Source: Ramazzottius varieornatus (lineage: Eukaryota > Animalia > Tardigrada). Taken from it: 64,000 bases of DNA. Shown piece by piece: positions 1 to 13,050 of the stretch. The notes under the pieces were generated by a model. The model ran no database searches. It was not told the origin of the DNA and saw only the letters and a program-made list of their open reading frames with translations. Position 1 is the stretch's first letter. Every line of letters begins with the position of its first letter. The DNA is taken from contig BDGG01000003.1 in the NCBI GenBank assembly GCA_001949185.1, positions 3,145,158-3,209,157 of the forward strand, in the 5' to 3' direction. The translations under genes were made by a program, and so were the position numbers.

Positions 1-33
1 ATTATCTGTAGTTCTCGTGTTGTTTTCCTATAG

Positions 34-280
34 GTTTGGTGACACGGTAAATACGGCCAGCAGAATGGAATCCACTGGCCAAGGCCTGAAAATACAGATT
101 TCTCCAAGCACCAAAGCTATTCTGGACGGCTTTGGGACATTCAAGACCAAAGACCGCGGGGAAATTGAGGTGAAAGGGAAGGGTGTAATTCGAACGTATT
201 GGCTCGTTGGACGAAGCAACCAGGAAGAGGAGGAGGAAGATGAACCACCGGTGGTCACTTTTACCGTCCCTGAAGCTTGA
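34..280 (+). CDS. Guanylyl cyclase, last exon (gene begins before the window)
   Basis: Acceptor ...cctatag at 33, then [15 protein letters not shown]...IQIS...[14 protein letters not shown], the canonical C-terminal part of the guanylyl cyclase catalytic domain; TGA at 278-280. Confidence 0.93.
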
Positions 281-520
281 GGAATCTTCAGAAAGTCCGT
301 CCATCCACGCACAGGCTTACAACCAGATATCTTTGTCAAACTAATTGACACCTCTTAATGTCTTTGCTCGTTCTTGGGAGTAATCTGGGCATCTTGTCTG
401 TTTTTTCGTTGTTAGTCATTTCAAATTTCCGTTTTTCGACATGCTTTGTCCTTAATCGTCATCTGGTGTGAAACTTCCATGTACACGCACGATGGGTACA
501 CGCAGGATTAGAAATTGTGG

Positions 521-804
521 TACAGTAAAAATCATGGGACAGGCCTTTTCGCTACTGCGGTACGGGAGCACGTACACTTTTCTACGGTCGAACCTTCATT
601 TCGCCGTCCTTTCCGCCTATCCCACAATTTTTACTGTACCTTGATTTCTCGTCTTGCTTGTAATTATGTAACAGTCAGGAAGGATGGCAAAATGGAAATT
701 CAACCGTAGAAAAGTGTTGAAAAGTACATTAGTACGAATCGGCCGTGTACGTACGTGCCTCGGTACCGCCGTGGCGAAAAGGCCTGTCCCAAGATTGTTA
801 CTGT
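521..804. mobile_element. MITE with ~55 bp imperfect terminal inverted repeats (CAGT ends, Tc1/mariner-like)
   Basis: Left ACAGTAAAAATCATGGGACAGGCCTTTTCGCTACTGCGGTAC matches the reverse complement of the right end ACAGTAACAATCTTGGGACAGGCCTTTTCGCCACGGCGGTAC. Confidence 0.75.
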
Positions 805-1534
805 CCCATATTTAATTTAAGGCTTAAGAATGTACGGGGAAGAAAGTTTATAACGTTCTTTCGCCAACGAAAACAAATCGGTCAAACCTACTCAGAAAAA
901 TGTCGTGAACAATTCTTGTGCTTGCATGACCCCCCAAATTCCCCATAGGAAGCGAGATCCACAGATCACGCGACCAGAAACCCGAACCCATGAAAAATGG
1001 GTACTGACCCATGAACAAAAACGTCCCTAATAAACCCAACAGTCTCCCTGCCTTGAGTAAGGCTCTTGATTAAGTTACCCCAGCCTGAAGTTACCCCAGC
1101 CTGCTGCGTTAACACCCGACACCCGTCCCCTCGAGCACCGAGCCAGGAAACGACTAGATATTTACCCATCGTGCGTGTACGTACTGTATTTTCTCCCAGA
1201 GTTGGTGTACGTCACTCGAGCGGAACTAACACTGATGCGGACGATAGTCATGCGTCATCACCAGCCTAGCCGGATCGCTAGTTCGTCAGAAAGAAAAGCT
1301 GATTTCACGATAGCAGGTTGCACCTGGATTTTAAGCCAATTTCATGGCCTGTTTTGGTCAAAAATCTGCCAAAATCAGATAGAAAGCTGACTAGACGCTG
1401 ATTACGAGCTCAGTCAAATCAGATTTCGTGCGTAGGACCCGTGAGTGGAGGACTTTAGAGCAGGCACCAAGAACCCGACTGGGCTGGCAGTGTTAACATC
1501 ACTCGAGTGACGTACACAAATTTTGAGAGGTATG

Positions 1535-1744
1535 TACTGTATTCCCTCAATAGTTCTGCGAATTATGTCATCATGCCAGTAAATTACACCCGCACTGGTA
1601 TCGCTGATTGTTTGATTGTCGCCCATCATTACACTGGACTGGAGAGCAGTCTTTGATTGAAGGTATAGTTACTTTCTGTTCCCCGCCGGATGATATTTAC
1701 CACGACAGTCACGTGATTCGCAGAACTTTCGAGGGAACACAGTA
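1535..1744. mobile_element. MITE with TACTGT-ended ~30 bp TIRs
   Basis: Left TACTGTATTCCCTCAATAGTTCTGCGAAT; reverse complement of right end TACTGTGTTCCCTCGAAAGTTCTGCGAAT. Confidence 0.7.
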
Positions 1745-1793
1745 ATACGGTATGGAATCTGTGCATTGCGTTTGTGACTGGTAAAATAGCTGA

Positions 1794-2141
1794 TACTGTA
1801 TTCTCTCCGGAAATTCAAAAGGTGAAACTGCAGATATGGTCGGTAGGCGGTGGCTCATACGATTGAAACAGCTGTGACGCCACAAGATTCAATCAATCCA
1901 ATCAATCTGGAGAGTTCACATTTTGCTTGGTTCAGTTATGAAATCAGCTGTTCAGTGAATGACTCGCACAGACTAATAGTATTTTGTCCGACTGCGCTGA
2001 TTGGCTACTAAAGCTGTCCGTAAATACGTCAAGATCTGACGCCATGCTGGCTTTGTGTAACAGCTAAGCTAACACTCTAGTGAACCAGATGTCAGTGACG
2101 TACATCCATTTCCGGAGAGAGTTTCCGGAGAGAATACAGTA
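1794..2141. mobile_element. MITE with perfect 20 bp TIRs (TACTGTATTCTCTCCGGAAA)
   Basis: TACTGTATTCTCTCCGGAAA at 1794 and TTTCCGGAGAGAATACAGTA ending at 2141; same terminal TACTGTA as the neighbouring element. Confidence 0.72.
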
Positions 2142-3325
2142 ATCGTAATCAGAATAAAGGCTATATAACTTGACAAGACTGGTGTTTCTTCAAGTGGCGC
2201 ACGTTTTCAGTCAGTAACACTAAAGACGTGAGCCACTCGGTCGACCGACTTTGACGAGCCCCAGTTTCAGTGGAAGGTTCTCGCAGACAGCACGCTTCTG
2301 TTTTGTGGTGCAGTTTTGCTACGGACCTTACGCTTTGTAGGTCCACAGGTGCTTCGTATCGTACTTGGTTCACTTCACTATGGTAAAAGATGAAATCTAG
2401 CTTAAGGGTAGCCGAAACATTTGTTTGAAACGAAAAGAAACAAGTCGTCGAAAAGCACTCAACCATCCCGTGTAACGATCGAGCTCTTCAATGCGGCAAA
2501 CCTCCATACTTTCACTTTTATCGACTTTTTTCCAGGTTGAACGTCTTATTTTACTTAGCTTCACCACCCTTCCATTTCCTGTTTCACATTTGGGTTACAC
2601 CGTGGTGCATGGAACCTCCATGGTTCGATTCGAGCGGCATGTCGTTGATCGAACTTAGAAATCGTATACTTTGGAGATGAGTAGAAGTGGTCACGTCCTA
2701 TTCAACTTTCGACACTTGCGAAACGGGAATACATGGTCATGAATGGAGCTCATAAGGTTTCTGAAGAAGTTCCTCCACAAAACATTGTTGTCCTCTTCGA
2801 TGGTCGGTAAACTTTTCACGATCAATAGAGGGGATATTACTGCTCAGATATACCCAATCAGAAGTCAGACTGGACTACCGCATACGTCGGCTCGACGACC
2901 ATGAACCAGGTTCCATCGATTTGGGGCTCCCATGCACCTGAAAAGGGTCGTTAAACGATGCCTAGGACAACATACTACGGGGCTCTTCACAAAGTTGTGT
3001 ACTCTGCCATCCCCCGGTGGCAAGCATAATAAGCATCGACGATCCGACCAAGCACCCGTCAACAATGGCACGATGCGCTGGATGAGAGGCATAATCGACC
3101 TCATGATCGGCCATTTGCAACTTTGCTTCGTCTCGTGCCTATCATCCTCACTTTTCTCCCTAATCGCCAGGATATTATGGAGTCAGAGTTTCTTGTCAGT
3201 TAGCGACCTTAGTCCGCAGCTTCCTGGTTTATCGTTGACTATGCTCAAATTTCTCCTTTGATTGCTTTCGAATCTTCCCCGTCCCAATGATGAACCATCT
3301 TTATTTTCCAATTAGTGAAACTGGA

Positions 3326-6300
3326 ATGCGTAATTTCAAAAGGCGAAGGAAATACGAGACGATCAACCGCACGAAATCCTTCTTTATAATTTTTTGCCTG
3401 ATTTGTCCTGACCTCATCCAGTTCGCGAAGGGACAGAACACCGTCACCAATGTCAAAGCAGGGATACTCTTGACTAACGGCGCGAATCTTCCCTATGACT
3501 TTAACATACTGGCACCAGCTCTGGACACTGCCTACGACAAAGCTCTCCGCGATTACGGAGTGAACTTTATGCCAGTGTTAGCTCTTTACCAAGGAGGATG
3601 CAGCACGTCCAATGCGGCGGCCGAAACCTTCAAAGCTGTCAACCAGTCTGTCGACGTCATTATCGGTAAATCTCCGTGACCTTTTCCTTGTGTGAGAAAT
3701 GCGCCGTGGGCAGAGTAACTCAGATGTTACGACTCACGTGCAGACTTCAGGGCATATGGGACGGTCTGAATCTAAAAACAAATCTACACACCCTCTCCTC
3801 GCCCAAGCAGTCAAATATCACGGGGGCAGCAACGCAGGAAATATCGACACAGCCGTGTGTTTGCACAATTTTTTAATGGCGACTGTTGCGGCGTCTGGTC
3901 CACTAACCAATTTACAGCTGTTATTTAACCACAGCGAAGCTGTTCCGTGGAAACTTTGCTCGATGAAATCTAATCGTTTTTGTGAATTTTTGTACACCGC
4001 TGTTTGTAGTCAACCGCCATGGGTACAGCGGTAGGACGTCACGTAACGATAAATACTACGCAGGTGCATCGAATGTTTCATAAAGTTCGCCTTTGTGGGA
4101 TTTGATTGGCCTACTGGAACAGAGCGCGCGCGCGGTCGTCGTCTTATTTGATAGCCGCTCCATAATCCGAATCTCGTGACGGCATATCTTAGTTACTTTG
4201 CCCACGGCCCAAATCGTACTGGAAGGTACTGTTCTACTTTCGTGCAGGTCCTGGATGTACAGATGACATGATGATGTCTTTGGAAATGCAGACTTACTTT
4301 AAGATACCAAGTGTCACCGGTGGAGGAGATTTGGTGGATTCGACGGTACATCGCAGTACTTCTATGCGTTTCGTCTGTTTTCAGAAAACCACAACTCTGT
4401 ACGAATCAATATTGTTACTCTGGGTCTTTTCGCAGGCCAAATTTCCCTACACAACACGATGTGAGTGTATTCCAGTAAGAAAGACAGAGAACACTCTGAC
4501 GTTCGGTGTTGTTTGTTTAGGCGCGTACAATACATACACCCAGTGGATCTTCTTCATCCGAATGTGCCGAAAATTCGAGTGGCGGAACATCGCCGTGATT
4601 TACGATGGTCGGTAGTTCATTTTTTCATGGTTTGGATAACAGTGGAACCTCTCACACTTTACATACGTCACTGGACGCTTTTCTAACGCGGTTTTCCCGT
4701 AAAATTTCAGCCGGCAAAAGCCCCAATCACGCACTCATCCGTCTCGCTGTCGGTGGAGCGCTGACGTCATGGGTAGAAATCAGCTATGTGACTTAGATAA
4801 CCGCGTCAGAAAAGTGTCCACTGACGTATGTAAAGTGTGAGAGGTTCTACTGTATTGCGAAGATTATCATACTGTAGTTTCCGATATCTCTTGCCTACAG
4901 GCGACGACAGTTCCAAAAATATCAACGCAAACTCTTTAATGAAACTCATCCGGACGGAGAACCTGCGTTATTACGAACGGAAATTTTCAGGAAATGCAGT
5001 ACGCGAAGTTGACCAAGCCTCAGTGCACCTAGTCGAAGCCAGCAAGCAGTCTCGAAGTAAGCATAACAGTGTTGATTTCGGTCTCGGGCATGAATTCCGG
5101 CCGTTCCATCAATCAAGTACAACTGTTCCACTGAGACTGAATAGTAAAAACTAGCTTTTGTAACTCAGTTTTTAAATCAGCTTTCCATTCAGTCTTTAGT
5201 GGACGTGTGTTGCTCGATTGATCGTTAAGTACGTAAGTTATGCCCAGACTGAAATCAACATTGAAGCATAAGCTAAATTCCATTCACATAAGCACAGCGG
5301 AAACGGACAGACAGGCGCCCAAATGGGGTGCAAAAAGGGGGCATTAATGCCGAAGGAGCCATAGAGCACCCATTAGCGTGCTCGCTATCCCACCACTCCG
5401 ACGTCACTCTCCCTGTAGGCACAAGCCGACTTCCTACACAGGCAGAGCAGGCTGGAGGTACCGTATTAAAAAGGTCCGCAATCTGGCCCTGTTTCCACGA
5501 AGTTGTTTGTCAGGTCCGTTGCCGGCACAACCCTGACTGATAATCCATGAGAACTTCGTAGAAAAAGGGCCCAATCGAGAACCTTTTTGACACCTGAAGC
5601 CGCCTCGATACACAGCCAATGAAAGCCAGGGCAGCAGCTTGCCATATTCAGTGAAACAGTCTGATGAACCACACACAATCGGAACCCTCAAGGAAGTCTG
5701 GAATAATACGCCAATAACCTGTAGGCTTCGCAACAATTTCTTGTTCTCGAATGGACAATGTTATGATCGACGAACGCTCGGTGAATTTTTGGGAATATGT
5801 CTTCCATGGTGGAGGTTTTTTTCTTCTTCTGGAAAGACGTATCAAATCAGGAGTCCGAGAATAAAGATCATTGTCGCCTTCTAAAGTACGATATTACGAT
5901 ATTCTAAAATAGTTACTAAGAACACGCAGACATTGAAAACAATCTTGGTCAATATTTAAGATAGTTTTCAACTCCGCTGTCACATGTCCTCAGTATTACA
6001 GAAACGAGCCCAAAAAAGTTCTCGTTGTGGATCAACAGGCAATTCGTGGATAGAATATCTCAGGCAATCCACTGTATTACAGCCAGGAACCCTGCAACGT
6101 TTGCACCTGACAGGGCTCACGTACCAGATTGATCTCAGCCTCCGAATTAGCAAACAGTCAGCAAAAATAAAACGCTGGTTGAGAATGCAGTCGAAAGAAT
6201 ACAATCTAGGTAGTTGCATGGGCTAGCGTGCATTTAGCGAGACTACTTGCAAGTTATACTGTACAATCGACATGACCACTGGCCAGCTTCCTTCTGACAA

Positions 6301-9300
6301 AAATTACGTGCAGAAGAAATTCTCTCTTTTTTCCTAATGTGAGGTAAGGCTTGTGCGAACAAGTTACCAGCTTGGCCTGTGCTTTTCTCCACCTCATATC
6401 GGCGCCTTATTCCGCCCTATTCGTTTCCGTTATGGCATAAGGCAGAAGATTTGAGACGCCGGCAGCTGAAGTGAACATTATCGTTTTCTGGCGCACATGC
6501 CCATTATTCCTGACTGAACGTATGCGCCTGTATGAAAACGGTCGCGATGAAGTCATTTTCCGACGTCTCGTTTCTACTGTAAGTTTTCTTGTTTAACTGA
6601 AAGAACGATCGCTGTTCCAAAGTACAGGTTACTGTGCGGAATCAGGACCTAACATCCAATTGAAATTTCAGTATTCGTCATTTTGGCAACTGGGCAAGTT
6701 TTGCGGACATTTATGGTACGTGACAGGAATTTTTAACCCCTTGAGCACCACGCGATTTCATGCTTTGAGAATACGAGGTGGGAAAGTCACTTTCGTCTCT
6801 TTTGAACCGGTCAAAACTAGGGGGCGACTCCAAATTGGGCTAGTCATAACCTACTCGATCGGCTAAAATTTGGGAACATGCTGTAAAGTGCGCCACCTAC
6901 CAAGTCAAAACGCCACCTACCAACCTTCATTCTATCTTGACCATTGAGCAGATCTTTTCACGGATCCGAAACTCTCGCAAGATGCAAGAATGTTTGGTCT
7001 CAAACTACAATTTTTGTGTGGACTCTGAACCAACCGACAACCTGGCTGGGACAACAATTGGCTGGCTACGACGAAATTTCATCAAGAACGGAAAAAATCC
7101 AGACAGTTTTGCAGAGCTGTCGACCAGTGGCCGTTAGTTGCAGCTTGAAATGAAGTTGATTCTTCAGGCAAACAAGAAAAACCGAGCCGCAAAAGCTGAA
7201 CTGGAATTCCGCTACATACAAATTGGTTTGCGCCAGGAAAGTGAGTTTCCCGCCCGGTGCTCAAGGTGTTAAGGATGTGCACTCATTCGCGTGTTTGTTG
7301 TTTGATATTATGGAACTCGTACATCCAGGTCTCCGCTTTAAGACATGGTTACACCAACGGAGAGTATGTGTACCTTGCCTTGGACACTTTTCGCGATGAT
7401 ATTTTGGGACCTAACGGATGGAAACAAAGTGAGTATAGCCGAGTAATTCAATCTTGTCGCCAAATTGAAATTTAAGTAGGGAAGCATGCAAGTATTACGT
7501 TACCACCCGGCGACATTCCTTTTGATGGGTGGGGGGATGGTGCCTTTGATCTTTGCTTACGTAATACGTATGCTGCCTTTAGGGACTCGGTGTATGGTCT
7601 GCCAGTGCCTTTCCTACGTGCACTGCCTGTAATACTCCCTTTTACTAGATGCACTGATTTAAGTTTTCACACTGCTTTTCGGCTGGGCGCACGCCCTGGG
7701 TAGTGGTACTCCCTCCGGAGCACAGTAACTCCGAACGCTTGTCGGCGCACGAGAGCAGGAACTTTTACGGAGTAGGGATACACTAGACTGGTTCGGGAGC
7801 TAAACAGCGAGAGTGTACTGAAAGAGCTGTCGACGTCGCAGCAAGGACACAGTAACTCAGCTTTGGTAGTCGGAGACAAAGGACATACCTGTTATCGGGC
7901 TCGGTGCTTCCGGATCTCAAATTGTGTTTCAAATATTTTGGACTACGCAGATACTTATCCCGTAAAAACTGCCTGCTTTCTTCCGCCGGCACACGTTCAA
8001 GTCATTATGCTTCGAATGTTGTATTCGGGTCGTGGACCTAGCCAAAGAGCACGGTATGAAGCACGTTCACCTAGTAAGAGGGAGTGTCACGGGAAATGCA
8101 CGTAAAAAAAAGCCGTGGCAGGCCGTGTATATAGCCTTGACCATAAAATTATGCGAAATAGAGGTTGAGTGATTGCTAACTGATTGGGTTTCCATAACGT
8201 AGACGACAAATACGACAAAGAAGCTCGTTCGGCGTACGACTCGCTAATCGTGCTAACCTTGAGAAACACGGTGAACGAGCCGAGATACCAGGAGTTCGCC
8301 AACGCTGTTCGCGACACCGCTGCCCGAAAATATCCCTTAATGACTGTGGTGCTGAACTATTACGTGGCCAGCTTTTACGACTCTATCCTTTTGTACGCAT
8401 TATCCGTCAATGAAACGCTGGCTCTCAACCACTCGATCGGCAAAGACAACATAGATGAGCTCGCGGGAAAATACTGGAATCGCACTTTCCCCGGTAATGA
8501 AATCGATGCTGATTTACGAGGGTTACGCGCTTCTCTAGGACATTTCCCGTAGATATTACTCAACTACGGATTATTGTCATACAGGTGCGACGGGTGAAGT
8601 TTACATCAACCCAGTTGGTGATCGAAATGACGATCACGCCATTTACGATCTGGACCCCGATGGCGTCTATCGGGTACGCGCCGATAGTACAACAACTCGC
8701 TGCTCATTGTCCGCTCTTACCGTGGAAAACTCTTCTAGGTGGCAGCAGAGTTCTACGGGTACAAAGACATCCGGTATCCCAACTATATGTTCGACCAGGT
8801 CAAACCTCTCACTTGGAGTAACCCGTCCAACACACCACCGTTGAACGAACCCATATGCGGGTACTTGGGTGACGCAGCTATCTGTGATTACTCCGGTACG
8901 GTGGCTTACTTGGGAGGCCGGCACACAGTCTCGGGAAAATCGTTATCTCAGGTGGCGCAGTTTTCACAATTATAGGTCGGAAACGTGCGCCATATTGGAT
9001 CATGATCATCCCGAAGTTGTCCGCCGGCTTCCATTCATACTAGTCCTACCGTCTTTTTATAGGGCAAAATTTGGGCATCGCTCTGGGCGTAGTCGGTAGC
9101 CTTCTGCTGATCGGCTGCATAGCCGGTGCAATTGCCTTCCGCATCCTCAAACGAAGAGCCGAGCTAGCACAGCTCGACGTCTTGGGTACCTGGAGGGAAG
9201 TAGATAAACCACAAATTGCCATCGCAAAAAAGTTGGCCAAGGAAGTTGAAGCTATGGGCAGTCATGTCAGCGTTGAGCACAACAAACTCCTAGACGACTA

Positions 9301-12300
9301 CTCCTACTTCGGACCACAAACCGTCAACGCCACGTTCCGAGGGATTCGAGTGATTGTCCGCATCTGTGAAAAAGATCACGTGATCATCAATCGGTCCGTG
9401 TTGGTCGAAGTGAAGACCGTTCGTGCCATTCAGGACGACAATGTGGCTCGGCTGCTGGGACTCTGTGCGGGGCCTCAGAGGGTTGCTGTCATGTATGAGT
9501 ACTGCGCCAAAGGCAGCTTGTTCGTAAGTCAACTTTTGTTGTGTGAATAACAGATAGGGGACCGGCAAACAAGATGGAACGGTCGCTGTCCCAAGAGGCG
9601 CAAGTTTTCACTGAATAACAACGAAAACTGCGCCACTTGAGATTCCATCGTTCCAATCTTGTTTACCAGTAGTGCTGGCAACGATACGGTATACCGAATA
9701 CCGATATCGTATCGAAATATATCGAATCCTTGCGATAAAATATGGGACAGATATCGTATCGAAAATATCGATATGAAGCTCATATCGAATGACACAATCA
9801 AATTTTTGACGATATCGTACCGCGCCATATCGATATATTTTCGACATATCGGTATTTTGCTGAATGGTAAACTCGCCAATGATATCATGCTTACGGAAGA
9901 CCATGGTTGATTTCAAAGACTTGATTTCAGCCATGGTGTACTGAGCACAATCCGCCCATTCGGTCTTACTAATTGTGTCCAGGTTTCCAAGTGTTTGCAG
10001 TCCTGGTATAGTCACGTCTTTGCTGCATCCGACGCTTCCGATCTTGATAATGCATTAAGTGGAAATCGGCTTCTTGAGTTTTTGGGCCTGAACCAGTGGA
10101 CTCCCGAAAAACTAAAATTCTAGAAATATCGATATATCGCTACGATATAGTACGATATATCGGAAATGCGGTATCGAAAAAAAACCTTTCGAGAAGTCGA
10201 TACCGAATGAATATCGAAGACCGCGATAAAATATCCGCTGATATTTCATCGAAAACTTTCTTATCGAATTTTATCGTATTTTTACCAGCACTATTCGCCA
10301 GTGTCGTCTACGGGCGGCGGATAAGTGCATAAGTAAATGTGCTCTCAAAATCTTATAGCATGCAATTTTGCTAGGTATCAAAAAGTGATCCGGAGGCGCG
10401 GCTTCTTTATTTGTATGGGACGTCACATACAGAAACCAACTCTCCAAAAGTACTATCCAAAAGCACAGCAGTTTTGAGAGTACAAGTACCACGCAAAACA
10501 GTATGGTACACTTTTGACTAATGTCACAGTATAGATCAAAACTGATATGCATCAGTTGTGATCTATACTTCAGTATGGTTCGAAGCAGTAGGGTACTGCT
10601 TTCGTCTATACTACAGTATAGTTCAAAACAGTACCCTACTGTTTTGATACCTATCCAAAATGTATGCTACAAGATTTTGAGTGAATTTACTTATGCACTT
10701 ATCTGCCGCCCATAGTCCTGAACATCACCCAGCAAATTTCTCTCACTTGGTGTTACTTGAACTACTTGGTGGTAGGATCTCTTGGCAGCCGACGCGGTGA
10801 AGTTAGACTGGGTCTTCCGGTTCTCCATCATCAAAGACATTGTAAATGGTTTACTTGCCATCACGACCAGTCCACTATACTGTCACGGTCGGCTGACGTC
10901 TCGGTGCGTCTTTATTGATGGACACTTCGTCGGCAAGGTTGGGGACTATGGATTACCGAGTTTTTTCGCGCGGACTATACCTTTCACACAAGACAGCCAG
11001 TTCTGCGCTTCGCTGCTGTGGACAGCTCCAGAGCTTCTCGTGCGGCCCTTCGACGGTGGGACTCAAGAAGGCGACGTCTACAGTTTTGCTATAATATTGC
11101 AGGAGACCATTATGCGCGATAAGCCGTATGGATCGTACGACCTTAGTCCAGAAGGTACCATGAAATTCATCAGTCTCTTTAAGACTGTTCGGACTGTTGA
11201 TACTCCGTATGGATTTTCAGTCATCATCGCCAAACTGCAGAAGAAGTCGTCCAAGGGATTCCGTCCAAAAGTGGATGCCAGCCAATGCCCGCCAGAAATT
11301 TCTGTGTTGACAAAGCAATGCTGGGCCAATAATCCTATGGAGCGCCCCCGTTTAGCACAGATAAAGAGCGTAATGAAAGAAAGCGAACGGTGAGTATATG
11401 TGCGTCTAAAAATTCTTATTTCCAAAACTCTTCCTGTGCTTAGTATATGAGCGTATCAAATCGCTGTGAATATATGCTACTACTGTACTGTGCGGTCGCC
11501 CGGTATTTTTTGACCATTTTTTCCTACGATTTTTCAATGGTTCCAGGGCCGCAGGTGAGCAAGGAAGCATTCTGGATACACTCATTCGAAGGATGGAAAA
11601 CTACACGCTCGATCTCGAACACATCGTGGAAGAGAAGGCTCAGCAGTTTCTCATTGAGAAAGAAAAGAGTGAAGCTCTACTTAACCAGATCCTTCCAAGG
11701 TTCGCCTGATTTTCAAGTCAAATAAGCGCCTGTTTATCTGCAGACCAAAGTAGACTGATATCATTTTCAGGGTCGTGGTGGAACAGCTGAAACGCGGAGA
11801 GCAAGTTAAGCCAGAATCGTTCGACAGCGTGACTGTATTCTACACGGACATAGTCTCATTTACAACGCTGAGTTCCCAGAGCACGCCCACCGAGGTTGTG
11901 GATTTACTGAACGATCTATATACGGTCTTCGATACCTGCATCGCGAAGTTCGATGCTTACAAAGTTAGCCGCCTTTCTTCGCTGCCAACTACTCTTGTCC
12001 AGTAGCAGAATAATCACCAATTATTGTTCTGTTTTAGGTGGAAACGATCGGCGACTGCTACGTGGTGGCAAGCGGGGTTCCTGACAGAAATGGAACTCTT
12101 CATGCTAGAGAGATCTGTCGGTTGGCCTTACATTTGCTAGAACAGATCAAGATATTCAAAATACGCCACCGTCCAGATGAACAACTTAAGGTTCGGCTTG
12201 GAGCTCACACAGGTGAGACTTTTGCTCAGCTCGTTCGTGCGCTCAGTACCTACAATAAAACTTTATCTGCAATGGGCTTACTCATGTGCGCAGGTTCTGT

Positions 12301-12634
12301 GGTCTCGGGTGTGGTAGGACTGGTTATGCCGCGGTTCTGCCTGTAAGTATTTTGTGTTGTCACACAATAAGAATACGTTCTCTGTTTGCTGGTGGTCTGG
12401 TGGTCGGTTCGATGGCTGTTCGAATCTTTTCCTTGCAGATTTGGCGAAACCGTGACCATTGCAAACAAGATGGAGTCAACGTCGCAAGCGATGCGGATTC
12501 AGATCAGTTTCACCTGCGAAAAGCTGGTGCAGACCCACGGGCGCTTTGATGTTGAAGAGAGGGAAGAAGATGTGCGAATCAACGAAAAGCTGGCGATCAA
12601 AACCTTCTGGTTAAACCGTGAGCTGCCTTCTTAA
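3326..12634 (+). CDS. Receptor guanylyl cyclase (natriuretic peptide receptor-like), multi-exon
   Basis: Spliced ORF pieces give: signal peptide and ANF-receptor ectodomain (3326-8896; [27 protein letters not shown]), TM helix (~9070-9140), kinase-homology domain ([32 protein letters not shown]), coiled coil, and cyclase domain ([39 protein letters not shown]). GT-AG junctions, including a 25-nt microexon at about 4436-4460. At least one small ectodomain exon between 5057 and 7329 was not resolved; start codon approximate. Confidence 0.93.
4640..4852. mobile_element. pogo/Tigger-type MITE in an rGC intron
   Basis: ~55 bp TIRs: CAGTGGAACCTCTCACACTTTACATACGTCACTGGACGCTTTTCTAACGCGG versus reverse complement CAGTAGAACCTCTCACACTTTACATACGTCAGTGGACACTTTTCTGACGCGG; TA at the right flank. 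CAGTRGAACCTC ends resemble pogo-like elements. Confidence 0.8.
5068..5263. mobile_element. Small TIR element in an rGC intron
   Basis: GTTGATTTCGGTCTCGGGCAT on the left and ATGCCCAGACTGAAATCAAC on the right form an imperfect inverted repeat. Confidence 0.55.
9670..10293. mobile_element. Non-autonomous hAT-like element with CGATA-rich subterminal repeats
   Basis: Ends TAGTGCTGGCAACGATACG / CGTATTTTTACCAGCACTA; flanks TTTACCAG (9662-9669) and TTCGCCAG (10294-10301) look like a decayed 8-bp TSD; many CGATA/TATCG repeats in both arms. Confidence 0.78.
10308..10715. mobile_element. MITE with ~75 bp TIRs, TA-flanked
   Basis: Left CTACGGGCGGCGGATAAGTGCATAAGTAAAT...CTCAAAATCTTATAGCA...TAGGTATCAAAA; reverse complement of right end CTATGGGCGGCAGATAAGTGCATAAGTAAAT...CTCAAAATCTTGTAGCA...TAGGTATCAAAA. 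Confidence 0.85.
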
Positions 12635-13050
12635 CCCATGCATTTTTTTCTCATTCTTGCCTTTTGAGTGATATACGCACCAATTTCTGGAAATACTTCG
12701 AGTGAATATTATTGTGACCCGTCCTCAGAGCGTCGATGATAGAATACTTGATAGACCACTACAGAATTATGCCGTAAACAGAATGAACCAGAGGCCGCTG
12801 CAGGCATTAGGAAAGTCCGAACTCCACAATTTTGCCCTTTTTCTATGAATTTGCCTCTTAGGCCCGTGCCCGGTACACCCCCGACTGATATCCCATGAGA
12901 AACTTTAGGGAAAAGGGCCACCCTGCTAACTTTTCTAATACCTTCAACTGCCTCTGAAACGAACGGAAGCTCGGGTCTTATACGTAACATGTACAAGTAG
13001 TTTGATAGGACGGGATACTTTTTATTAATAGAGGATTCAGTACAGGTAGA

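Noticed and set aside
2610-2640. GGTTCGATTC, resembling a tRNA T-loop or B-box
   Set aside because: No cloverleaf or acceptor stem could be built; no RNA gene is supported anywhere in the window.
9529-10332. Ile/Ser/Arg/Tyr/Asp-rich ORFs
   Set aside because: Translations of CGATA repeats inside the non-autonomous element; no transposase motifs.
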